64,000 bases of DNA from NCBI GenBank assembly GCA_964552045.1, contig CAZKFF010000006.1, forward strand, positions 34,657 to 98,656. The letters run 5' to 3'. Positions 49,812-58,557 of the stretch are shown in pieces (position 1 is the stretch's first letter; each line of letters starts with the position of its first letter). The DNA comes from an uncultured Candidatus Saccharibacteria bacterium (GTDB lineage Bacteria > Patescibacteriota > Minisyncoccia > Phycocordibacterales > UBA918). Under the pieces are notes generated by a model. That model had not been told where the DNA came from. It saw only the letters and a program-made list of their open reading frames with translations, and did not search any database. The translations under genes and the position numbers were made by a program.

Positions 49812-52031
49812 TTAGCCTTTGGGCCACGGCGCGACCATGAGCAGTTCAGAATCCTTCATGTGGGAAGGCAATTCTTTCCAGATAGCCTCGGTCACATACG
49901 GCATGAACGGATGCAGTAATTTCAGAGACGTCGTGAGGCAGATGCTCAGTGTCTGCTGTCGGCTTGCTTTGGCCGCTGCATCGTTCCCGTTGAGAATCTC
50001 TTTCGACTCCTCCAGAACCTTGTCTGCGAGCTCGTGCCAGACATAATGATATGTCTTTTCTCCTGCGAGGTAGAGATTGAATTTTTCAATATCATCTGAG
50101 ATATCGTTCACCGTACCAGCAAGCGCACTGAGTATCTCCTGATCGCGGGCGGAAGCCGAGGTTTCTTTAGACGGATCAACGTCTGCTGTATTGGTAAGGA
50201 TGAACCGGCTGATATTCCAGATCTTGTTCGCAAAGTTTTTATAGCCTTTGACCTTGTTCTCCGAGAGCGGCACATCATTTCCCGGAGCAGCGCCGATCAC
50301 GAGGGAAAGCCGGGTAGCATCAGCGCCATATTTTTCGATCATGGTAAGCGGATCAATAGTGTTGCCGAGCGATTTGCTCATCTTGCGATTTTTCTCATCA
50401 CGGACGAGTCCATGTAGGTACACGTTCTTAAACGGCACTTGCCCGAGGTGATAGGTGCTCATAAGTATCATACGCGCCACCCAGAAGAAGAGGATATCGT
50501 ACCCGGTTTCGAGTACGGTTGTCGGGTGGTAGGTCTTTAGGTCGTCTGTCTGTTCCGGCCAGCCGAGCGTTGAAAAGGTCCAGAGTCCCGAGGAGAACCA
50601 GGTGTCGAGCGTATCAGCGTCCTGTACCCAGCCTTCGCCTGCAGGCACTTCAACGCCGCAATAGAGCTCCTCGCCTCTGTACCATACGGGAATACGGTGT
50701 CCAAACCAGATCTGGCGGGAGATGCACCAGTCATTGAGGTTAGTGATCCAATTGAAATACACGCGCTTGAAGCGTTCAGGGAATATATCGGTGCCGCCAT
50801 TCTCAACAGCTGCGGTCATGAGCTCTTTGAGCGTCACCTCAGCTCCGGAAGGGACACCGGGGATTTCTGAGTGCTTCAGGATAAATTTCTTATTGACATT
50901 GATCCACCACTGGAGCTTCGGGAGCGGCTCAATGATGCCGCCGGTCCGTTCCGCGGTCGCAACGTTCTGTGTGATGGTCTCTTCCTTCTCGAGCAGATTT
51001 TCTTCGCGCAGATAGGCGACAACCGCTTCGCGCGCATCGTTCACTTTCAGTCCAAAGAGGCGTCCCTCGACGGTCATCTTTGCATATTCGTTGATCACCT
51101 GCGGGCGTTGCGCAATTGAGTGCCGGTCTGCCATATCCCAGTCGATCTTGCTGTGTGCTGGGGTCACTCCCAGAGCGCCCGTTCCGAATTCTGGATCAAC
51201 TTCTTTATCCGCGATGACCGTGACTGTGATCGGCACGTCGCAGAAGGTAAGTGAGAAGGTCTGTCCGATATATTGCTGGTATCGTTCGTCATCGGGGTGA
51301 ACTGCTACAGCGGTGTCGCCAACCTTTGTCTCGGGGCGTGAGGTTGAAATGGCTATAGGGAAGTCTGCACTGTATGTAAACGTGTAGAGTTTCGACTGGC
51401 GTTCCTCGTAGACGATCTCGTCGTCTGAAATGGTCGTCTGTCCCTTCGGGTCCCAGTTGACGATACGGTTACCGCGATAGATGAGGCCATCGTTGTACAT
51501 GCTCACAAAAGCAGTCATAACTGCCTTGTAACGGGTATCATCGAGTGTGTAGGCATAACGCGACCAGTCCAATGATGAACCCATGCGGCGAGTTTGATTA
51601 AGGATCGTGTCCTTGCTCTGTTCGGCGAATTCGCTTACTCGGCGCAAAAGTTCCTCGCGGCCGAGATCGTGCCGGCTTTTGCCTTCGCTTTTGAGTATCT
51701 CTTTTTCCACCTTTGATTGCGTTGCGATTGCAGCCGAGTCAGTACCCGGGATCCAAAGCGTTTTTTTGCCATTCATACGGTTGTAGCGAACGAGGAGATC
51801 TTCAATAGCCAGCATCGCCGCATGACCCATATGGAGCGTTCCCGTCACATTCGGCGGCGGAAGAACGATGGTGAATGGTTCGGCATCACGCTGTGCAATA
51901 CCTTTTTCAATGCAGACATCGGGATTAAAGAACCCGCTTTCCTCCCAGCGTTTGTAGAGAGCATCTTCATGCTCTGCAGGATCAAAGGGCTTTAAAAATA
52001 CCTCGGGAATAGTGCTTTTTTCATCGCTCAT
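49812..52031 (-). CDS. valS: Valine-tRNA ligase (short form lacking C-terminal coiled-coil)
   Basis: PPPNVTGTLHMGHA (HIGH) and KMSKSLGN (KMSKS). Confidence 0.9.
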   Translation of the reverse strand: MSDEKSTIPEVFLKPFDPAEHEDALYKRWEESGFFNPDVCIEKGIAQRDAEPFTIVLPPPNVTGTLHMGHAAMLAIEDLLVRYNRMNGKKTLWIPGTDSAAIATQSKVEKEILKSEGKSRHDLGREELLRRVSEFAEQSKDTILNQTRRMGSSLDWSRYAYTLDDTRYKAVMTAFVSMYNDGLIYRGNRIVNWDPKGQTTISDDEIVYEERQSKLYTFTYSADFPIAISTSRPETKVGDTAVAVHPDDERYQQYIGQTFSLTFCDVPITVTVIADKEVDPEFGTGALGVTPAHSKIDWDMADRHSIAQRPQVINEYAKMTVEGRLFGLKVNDAREAVVAYLREENLLEKEETITQNVATAERTGGIIEPLPKLQWWINVNKKFILKHSEIPGVPSGAEVTLKELMTAAVENGGTDIFPERFKRVYFNWITNLNDWCISRQIWFGHRIPVWYRGEELYCGVEVPAGEGWVQDADTLDTWFSSGLWTFSTLGWPEQTDDLKTYHPTTVLETGYDILFFWVARMILMSTYHLGQVPFKNVYLHGLVRDEKNRKMSKSLGNTIDPLTMIEKYGADATRLSLVIGAAPGNDVPLSENKVKGYKNFANKIWNISRFILTNTADVDPSKETSASARDQEILSALAGTVNDISDDIEKFNLYLAGEKTYHYVWHELADKVLEESKEILNGNDAAAKASRQQTLSICLTTSLKLLHPFMPYVTEAIWKELPSHMKDSELLMVAPWPKG

Positions 52032-52076
52032 GATAAAAGCGATAGTAGCACGAAAAAATCCCTTATTGAAGGGCTT

Positions 52077-53258
52077 TTAAAGCGACTTGTTGCCGTCTGC
52101 TTTGATGAGGGCTATTGCTCCAGCAGTGCTTGCATGTTCCTTGTGGGCGTGTCCGGCAAGCGCGATCATAATGCTGTTGTCGGTTGAGAGCTTCGGCTGC
52201 GGAATATAGACCTCGACATCCGGATGTGAGGTGAGCAATTCGCTTTGGAAGGTGCGGCGGATGTATTCATTGGCACTGACTCCGCCGCCGATGATGAGCG
52301 TTGCAGCTCCGTATTGGGTGAGCGCATCTCTGGTCTTTTTCAAAAGCACCTCAGCGACAGTATCCTCGAAATCGCGGCAGAGCGCTTTTACTTCGTCTTC
52401 AGTCAGTTCCTTTCCTTCAATCGCATACCGCACGGATGTTTTGAGTCCCGAAAAAGAAAAGTTGAGGTCGTGTGAATTGAGCATCGGCCGTGGGAGGTCA
52501 TGCTTGTACGGTGGCAGGTTCCGTTCGCGGGCCTCTTTTGCTTTTTTGCTTATTTCTGGTCCGCCGGGATAGGGAAGCCCCAGCATACGAGCAACCTTGT
52601 CAAATGCTTCGCCGACCGCATCGTCTTTGGTCTGTCCGACTTTTTCATACGCCACCCAATCTTTGAGCAGAACCAGTTCCGTGTGTCCACCTGAAATAAG
52701 GAGCGCGAGCGCGGGAAATGAAACGGGTGCAAGCGCATTGTCCTCGACAACGTCGAAAAGAGAAGCCAGGATATGGCCTTCCATGTGATTGATGGGCACC
52801 ACCGGTGCCTTCAGGATCGCGCCGAGCGCTTTGGCGAAGTTGATTCCAACCCATAAGGCCGGTTCAAGCCCTGGTCCTGAAGTGACTGCAATAAGGTCGA
52901 TCCTCGGTATCTCGTATGTCTCAAAAAACTCTATAAGCTCCACGGCCAGCCCTTCTTCACGTTCAAGAGTCTTTTCGAGTTTTTCTCTGAGCGGCGCATC
53001 AAGCGATTGCTCGGTCGCTGATAAAAGTTCCGCCTCTTGCAGTGCCTGCTTCAACATGGGTACGACAGTTTTGATGTGCTCGCGCTTAGCGAGCGCAGGG
53101 AACACACCCCCGTATTCCTTATGGGTTTCAATTTGTGAATAGAGCGCATTGCCGATGATTTCGTAGGTGGCGTCAGGAAATTCACCCGTTGCCTCAACAA
53201 CGCTCACTGCTGTCTCATCGCAGGATGTCTCTATGCTCAAAATACGCATAAAAAGCAC
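52077..53258 (-). CDS. tsaD: tRNA N6-adenosine threonylcarbamoyltransferase TsaD
   Basis: MRILSIETSCDETAVSVV N-terminus, Kae1/TsaD family; ~50 aa insertion relative to typical length. Confidence 0.9.
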   Translation of the reverse strand: MLFMRILSIETSCDETAVSVVEATGEFPDATYEIIGNALYSQIETHKEYGGVFPALAKREHIKTVVPMLKQALQEAELLSATEQSLDAPLREKLEKTLEREEGLAVELIEFFETYEIPRIDLIAVTSGPGLEPALWVGINFAKALGAILKAPVVPINHMEGHILASLFDVVEDNALAPVSFPALALLISGGHTELVLLKDWVAYEKVGQTKDDAVGEAFDKVARMLGLPYPGGPEISKKAKEARERNLPPYKHDLPRPMLNSHDLNFSFSGLKTSVRYAIEGKELTEDEVKALCRDFEDTVAEVLLKKTRDALTQYGAATLIIGGGVSANEYIRRTFQSELLTSHPDVEVYIPQPKLSTDNSIMIALAGHAHKEHASTAGAIALIKADGNKSL

Positions 53259-53269
53259 TCTACCTTATT

Positions 53270-54124
53270 TTAGAGAAAAGTGAATGGAAGATCGCTAAAC
53301 GACTCTACACGTATACTTGAAGCGTTCTTATGTCCGCCGCCGCCGTACTTTTCGGCCATTGCTCGTACATCAACATCCCCGTTGCTCCGCAGCGAGCAGT
53401 GCACCTGCCCGTCGTAGCGGTAGTATACGATGGCCATTTCGATACCGCCCTCCGTGCCGTTAAGGTTTGACAGTTCGTGTGCGACTATCGAACGGTATAT
53501 GCGCGCGCAGTTCACTGCATATATCTCATGCCCTTCAAACAGCACCTTCTCGCGGAATCCGAGAAGTTTCTGCACGAGCTTGTCCTCAAACCCGGCAATG
53601 GCAGCTCCGTGCGATATGAACTTATTAAAAAGCTCCCGGTCCTCGAGATTTTTATTAAGCTGATCCCACGTTTCAAAATCCTGGGTATATTCTCCGAGTG
53701 CCGCGCCGAACTCCCGGTTGAATTCCATCCTGAATCTCCAGAGGTCGTGGTCCTCGATGTACAGCAACAGCTTCGGCACTTCGGTTTCCGGATGGAAATA
53801 CTGCCATGCAAGCACCGCCCCGGAATGGTTCATGTCAAAGACATTGCCCTCAAACGAGGTCACCGCTTCTCTTGCAGTTTCGTGATGATCAATGACGACA
53901 ACGGACTTGTTGTGATGCCGGAGTAGCTCGAGATCAGGCTTCTTGTAGCTGTAATCGACGATGTATATTTCTTTGCCCTGGAGTCCTTCGGGAACCGGAT
54001 CCTGGGTCTTGCGGGGGATATAGCTCGCGGCATCGCCAAATTTCTTCCAGGCTGCGTAGGCTGCGCCAAATCCGTCGCGGCACTGGTCATGGTAGATGAC
54101 CACGATCTTCTTTAAATTTTGCAT
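53270..54124 (-). CDS. DHH-family phosphoesterase (NrnA-like oligoribonuclease/pAp phosphatase)
   Basis: VIDHHE (DHH) and GGGH (DHHA1) motifs. Confidence 0.8.
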   Translation of the reverse strand: MQNLKKIVVIYHDQCRDGFGAAYAAWKKFGDAASYIPRKTQDPVPEGLQGKEIYIVDYSYKKPDLELLRHHNKSVVVIDHHETAREAVTSFEGNVFDMNHSGAVLAWQYFHPETEVPKLLLYIEDHDLWRFRMEFNREFGAALGEYTQDFETWDQLNKNLEDRELFNKFISHGAAIAGFEDKLVQKLLGFREKVLFEGHEIYAVNCARIYRSIVAHELSNLNGTEGGIEMAIVYYRYDGQVHCSLRSNGDVDVRAMAEKYGGGGHKNASSIRVESFSDLPFTFL

Positions 54125-54387
54125 GGAAAGAAGTATAGCATTTCAGGGCTTGATTCACGGCGATTATGAAGTAGTCACAAGTTACTAATTATTTAAGTCC
54201 AAGTATTCCTTAAATAATAAGTACTCGCGACCCCGCCTCGCTCATACATATCGCTGCAACTCGCACCTATTTTCAATCGCGAAGCGATTGACCTGCCACG
54301 CGCAGCGCGCGTGGTGATACTAACTTTCTGCGTACGCATTGGAGATTGATTGCGCCTCGGGTGCGTGCTCCGCTAACGCTCCGCACG

Positions 54388-54479
54388 CCGCAAACCCAAA
54401 AATCCCTTACCTTCAAAAAGCGGATGGGGGGTGCAGGGGGGAGCCGCCAAAAAGTTGAAAGGGATTTTTGGGTTTGCGG
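54388..54479. repeat. Large imperfect hairpin (20-bp stem, ~50-nt loop) within a GC-rich hairpin-dense block 54273-54720
   Basis: ccgcaaacccaaaaatccct ... agggatttttgggtttgcgg; additional perfect hairpins at 54582-54612, 54640-54657, 54682-54710. Confidence 0.6.
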
Positions 54480-54742
54480 CGCACGAGGTGAGCGGAGGCG
54501 TCTCATCAGAGCGCCGGAGCGAGTTGAATAAACACACCAAAACACAACGTAACGGTCTTTGACCGATTTCAGCATGGGCAGCCCGCAGGGCTGCCCATGC
54601 TGATGTGACTGAACTAGAGCCATTTTCTTCTGCGTCGCCTGCGGCGACGACCAAAACCGTGTTGAAAAAACGAGGCAAACACAATGGGCGGCACTTTGTG
54701 CCGCCCATGCGTCCGTCGGTCAAAAACCGATGAGTTCTATAT

Positions 54743-54818
54743 TGGTGCGCGATACAGGACTTGAACCTGTGACCCCCACAATGTCAATGTGATGCTCTAC
54801 CAGCTGAGCTAACCGCGC
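54743..54818 (-). tRNA. tRNA-Val (GAC), CCA encoded
   Basis: GCGCGGT-TA-GCTC..TCACA-TTGACAT-TGTGG-GGGTC-ACAGG-TTCAAGT-CCTGT-ATCGCGC-A-CCA. Confidence 0.8.
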
Positions 54819-54885
54819 GCGTGCGTGGGCCACTATACCAGATTGGAGCAGTTGAGGAAAGATATATCGTCTTGCCAATTCTGAT

Positions 54886-55776
54886 ATGATGAGTGGCATG
54901 AAAAATCCGTTCGAGGCACGTATCCGGTCGAAACTAGAGGAAAAACAGAACGAGGATGTCATTGATGTGCTTATCAGTGAATTCCCAGAGCCACTACGGG
55001 CCCGTCTCGAGACGGAGATTGAAGGTCTTGATGCGCAGGGCGCTGAGGATCTCCTTATGAACAAGCTCATCGCCCGGCGCGAAGCGCTGGTTGAATGGCG
55101 TCTGGAGGATCTCTCTAAGATGGTCGAGGTCACACACGATGTCCCGCTTGGAGTGCTCACAAGCATCGAGCGTTCAACTGAAGAGGGCGCTGAGAATCTG
55201 CTCGGCGAAGGCATGAATGGACGGGTGTATGAAAGTGTCAGGAAGGATTTTGCCTGCTATAAGGTGCTCTTCCTCGAACGGGCGCGGCAGCTGCAGCTCA
55301 ATATAATCCGCGAAGCGACACTGCAACATAATATCAATGAAGTGCTCAAGTCCGAGTCTGATATCGCACATGCACCGGAGGTTCTTGGTTTTGTTGAGCA
55401 TCCTGAGGTCATGGCGATCATGATGAACAAGGTCAAAGGGGCTTCTATGCTCCAGATATTCGAGGGCAAAGCTGAACTGCCCGCGAGTTTCGACATTGAC
55501 CTCTTTTTCGATAAGCTCGAGCGCGCGGTGCTGCTCATGAACGAGCGGGGGTATTATCACCGTGACTTGACAAATAATTCAGGAAATGTCATGGTTGATG
55601 AGGAGGGAAATCCATGGATCGTTGATTTCGGGTCGGCTATAAAGGCCCTGCATCCTACCGACGATCCGCAGGTCTTCCAATTGACTCCTGGGGGAAGATA
55701 CATGCTAGCGTCAGACCTTTCCGGAGTCCAAGGACTCAAAAGAAAGGTCGCAGAGTATTTACGAACTAAGGAGTAA
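54886..55776 (+). CDS. Eukaryotic-like protein kinase fold protein (HRDLxxxN catalytic loop, DFG) with N-terminal helical domain
   Basis: GMNGRVYE (Gly-loop-like), YHRDLTNNSGNVMV, IVDFGSA. Confidence 0.6.
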   Translation: MMSGMKNPFEARIRSKLEEKQNEDVIDVLISEFPEPLRARLETEIEGLDAQGAEDLLMNKLIARREALVEWRLEDLSKMVEVTHDVPLGVLTSIERSTEEGAENLLGEGMNGRVYESVRKDFACYKVLFLERARQLQLNIIREATLQHNINEVLKSESDIAHAPEVLGFVEHPEVMAIMMNKVKGASMLQIFEGKAELPASFDIDLFFDKLERAVLLMNERGYYHRDLTNNSGNVMVDEEGNPWIVDFGSAIKALHPTDDPQVFQLTPGGRYMLASDLSGVQGLKRKVAEYLRTKE

Positions 55777-55783
55777 CAGTACT

Positions 55784-56005
55784 ATGGATGGAATGAACGA
55801 ACGAATGGGATTGTTTCCCGCGTTGCTTGATCCGGCACGGAAGGCAGCCGCACGGCTGCTTGCCGAAAACCTGACCATGGCTCCCATAGAGGACAAGGCC
55901 GACTTCATGGTTGCGCCTGAAGGAGAGATCGATGAGAATCTCATATACTTCCGGTTCGAATACGAAGGGATGCGGTTCGTCATCTTCGAAAAGCCGGTTG
56001 TATAA
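55784..56005 (+). CDS. Hypothetical small protein
   Basis: 73-aa ORF with AAGGAG upstream; no domain recognised. Confidence 0.3.
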   Translation: MDGMNERMGLFPALLDPARKAAARLLAENLTMAPIEDKADFMVAPEGEIDENLIYFRFEYEGMRFVIFEKPVV

Positions 56006-56081
56006 CTTAAGGATGATCTGTGGCGGGGTCATCCTTTTTTATATGTGTTGAAATTCTATATTGGAGGAGTACAGTGTTTCG

Positions 56082-56648
56082 ATGATCCTGTATCCCACTG
56101 AAACACTCTATGCGCTTGGGGTGAACGCTCTTGATGCTGGTGAACTTTCACGGCTGTTTCAGCTTAAAGACCGCAACAGAAGCAAGGCGGCATCATGGCT
56201 CGTGCGGTCGCTTGACGATATTGCACGCTATGCTGATGTGCCGCCGCTTGCAGAAAAGATCGCTGAGCGGTTTCTTCCGGGGTCGCTCACGCTTGTCCTG
56301 AAAGCCCATATGAACATCTCAGATGAGTGTGTTGCGAAAGACCGTACGGTGGGTTTCAGGATATCGAGTGACCCGTTTGCCCGAAATCTGATCGCAGACT
56401 ATATGGCAGCGCACCATGCTCCGCTTACCTGTACGAGCGCCAATATAAGCGGTGCGCCGACGCTGCCGACGGTAGGTGAGATACTGCAGCAATTTGGCGA
56501 ACATGCGCACATGATCGAAAAAGTGATCGATGACGGTCCGCGGAAAGGTCTTGCCTCCACCATTGTCCGCATTATTGGTGACGATGTCTCGATCCTGCGC
56601 GAGGGTGCGCTTTCCGAACAGGATATACGCGAAGCACTGCGTGAGTAA
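56082..56648 (+). CDS. tsaC: L-threonylcarbamoyladenylate synthase TsaC/YrdC
   Basis: ILYPTETLYALG and TSANISG motifs; GGAGGAG 12 nt before ATG 56082. Confidence 0.85.
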   Translation: MILYPTETLYALGVNALDAGELSRLFQLKDRNRSKAASWLVRSLDDIARYADVPPLAEKIAERFLPGSLTLVLKAHMNISDECVAKDRTVGFRISSDPFARNLIADYMAAHHAPLTCTSANISGAPTLPTVGEILQQFGEHAHMIEKVIDDGPRKGLASTIVRIIGDDVSILREGALSEQDIREALRE

Positions 56649-56697
56649 GAAAGGAGTCTTCAACACGTCTACGGTTATCTGGTGTATTGTACGAGCT

Positions 56698-58491
56698 ATG
56701 GAACGACCGCAAGAACTCATATCCTCCGATATGTACCGGAAGGAACATATACCGAATACTCCAGTTCGGTTTGCTTTTTTTTCTGTTAAGCAAAACGGTC
56801 TTTTAGGTATTCTCGCGATTTTGTGCGTGACCTTGGCACAGTTGTGCGGAGTGCTTTTGCCGTTTGTACTCAAAAAGATCATCGATGCCGCGAATGCTCC
56901 TGCCGCGGGCGGAACAGAGGGAGTGTTCTTTTGGGTGATCATGTTTCCGGTGCTCACCTTCGCGATGTTCATTCTCTACCGGCTGAGCGGTTTTATCGGC
57001 ATGCAATGGCTCACCCGTACTGAAGCGTTCAGCTATAAAATACTCTTCGGACACCTTTCTCAGCATAGTCATACATACTTCAGCAACCGTTTTGCAGGTT
57101 CGGTAAGCAATAAGCTGGCTCATGCAGCAGAAGGCACATTCCGTCTTATCGAAGGTTTTTTGTGGGGCCATTACGGAGCATTCCTGAGTTTGATTGCTTC
57201 GGGTGTGCTGATCTTCATGACAAACTTTTGGGTGGGCGTTATTTATGTGGCTCTCATAGCGGTGCTGATCCCAGCGAATCTCTGGCTGGCAAGATACCGT
57301 CGTCCGTTTGTTGTTGAGTATGCCGCCCAAAAAACCGCACTGCGCGGCAGAGCAGTTGATGTCATCACCAACATAGGTGCGATGCGTCAATTTTCACGCA
57401 GACTGTTTGAATTCGGAACACTCAGCGATTCTATAGAGAAGATGCGTCTTGCTGATCTCAAACAATGGAGGCTGAGCGAATTGGCACTGTTGTTCAACAA
57501 TATCATCATCGGCGGGTCCATCACGCTGATGCTTGTTGTGATGTATCAGCGCTGGGACGAAGGGCTCGTGACTTCCGGAGATTTCATCCTCGTGCTCACC
57601 CTTTTGATGAGTCTTTCGGGTACGCTCGTATTTATAGGAAATGCCATGACTCATTTCATCCGTTTGTACGGGGAGGTCGAAGAAGGACTTGATGAAATAC
57701 TCATCACTCATGAGGTGGTCGACAAAGAGGACGCCCAAAAACTTGCAGTGACCAATGGAGTCATCTCCTGGAAGGACGTGAAGTTCGAATACGGTGGAAA
57801 AGCGGTGTTTGAACATTTCAATCTGGAAGTGGACGCCGGACAGCGTCTCGGACTGGTGGGACACAGCGGTGCAGGGAAGACGACGTTTGTATCGCTGCTG
57901 TTGCGCCAGCACGATGTACAGGGGGGTTCAATCGCAATTGACGGACAGAATATTGCCGAAGTGACCCAGGATTCGCTGCGCGAACATATTTCTGTTGTCC
58001 CGCAAGAGCCAATGTTGTTCCACCGTTCGATCCGGGAAAATATTGTCTATGGGAACATTGATGCGACTCAGGAACAAATAGAAATTGCCGCACAAAATGC
58101 CCAGGCTCATGAATTCATCATGTCACTTCAGGACGGGTATGACACTATGGTGGGCGAACGGGGCATCAAGCTCTCCGGAGGACAGAAGCAGCGCATAGCG
58201 ATTGCGCGCGCCATGCTCAAGAATGCGCCGATTCTGGTCCTCGACGAGGCAACCTCCGCACTCGACAGTGAGAGCGAAGTGGAGATTCAGAAGGCACTCC
58301 ATGCGCTCATGGAAGGAAAGACGGTGATTGCAATAGCGCATCGTCTGTCCACGCTCCGGGAAATGGACAGGATCATTGTGCTCCAGGAGGGCAAGATTAT
58401 CGAGGATGGCGACCATGCTGCGCTCGCTCGTGCAGACGGCACGTACGCACGCTTGTGGAAGCATCAGGCAGGAGGTTTTTTGCAGGAGTAA
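56698..58491 (+). CDS. ABC exporter, fused permease-ATPase (MsbA/ABCB-like)
   Basis: 6-TM domain then Walker [24 protein letters not shown], Walker B ILVLDEATSALD; start uncertain (56698 or 56731). Confidence 0.85.
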   Translation: MERPQELISSDMYRKEHIPNTPVRFAFFSVKQNGLLGILAILCVTLAQLCGVLLPFVLKKIIDAANAPAAGGTEGVFFWVIMFPVLTFAMFILYRLSGFIGMQWLTRTEAFSYKILFGHLSQHSHTYFSNRFAGSVSNKLAHAAEGTFRLIEGFLWGHYGAFLSLIASGVLIFMTNFWVGVIYVALIAVLIPANLWLARYRRPFVVEYAAQKTALRGRAVDVITNIGAMRQFSRRLFEFGTLSDSIEKMRLADLKQWRLSELALLFNNIIIGGSITLMLVVMYQRWDEGLVTSGDFILVLTLLMSLSGTLVFIGNAMTHFIRLYGEVEEGLDEILITHEVVDKEDAQKLAVTNGVISWKDVKFEYGGKAVFEHFNLEVDAGQRLGLVGHSGAGKTTFVSLLLRQHDVQGGSIAIDGQNIAEVTQDSLREHISVVPQEPMLFHRSIRENIVYGNIDATQEQIEIAAQNAQAHEFIMSLQDGYDTMVGERGIKLSGGQKQRIAIARAMLKNAPILVLDEATSALDSESEVEIQKALHALMEGKTVIAIAHRLSTLREMDRIIVLQEGKIIEDGDHAALARADGTYARLWKHQAGGFLQE

Positions 58492-58557
58492 GCATATAGA
58501 TTGAGTTTGTAACTCCTGTAGTACTTCCGTAGTATCATAGGAGAATACTCAAGAAAT

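Noticed and set aside
54273-54623. 116-aa minus-strand ORF in the hairpin-dense GC-rich block
   Set aside because: Runs through multiple perfect hairpins; Arg/Pro/Ala-rich; region better explained as structured noncoding DNA or RNA.
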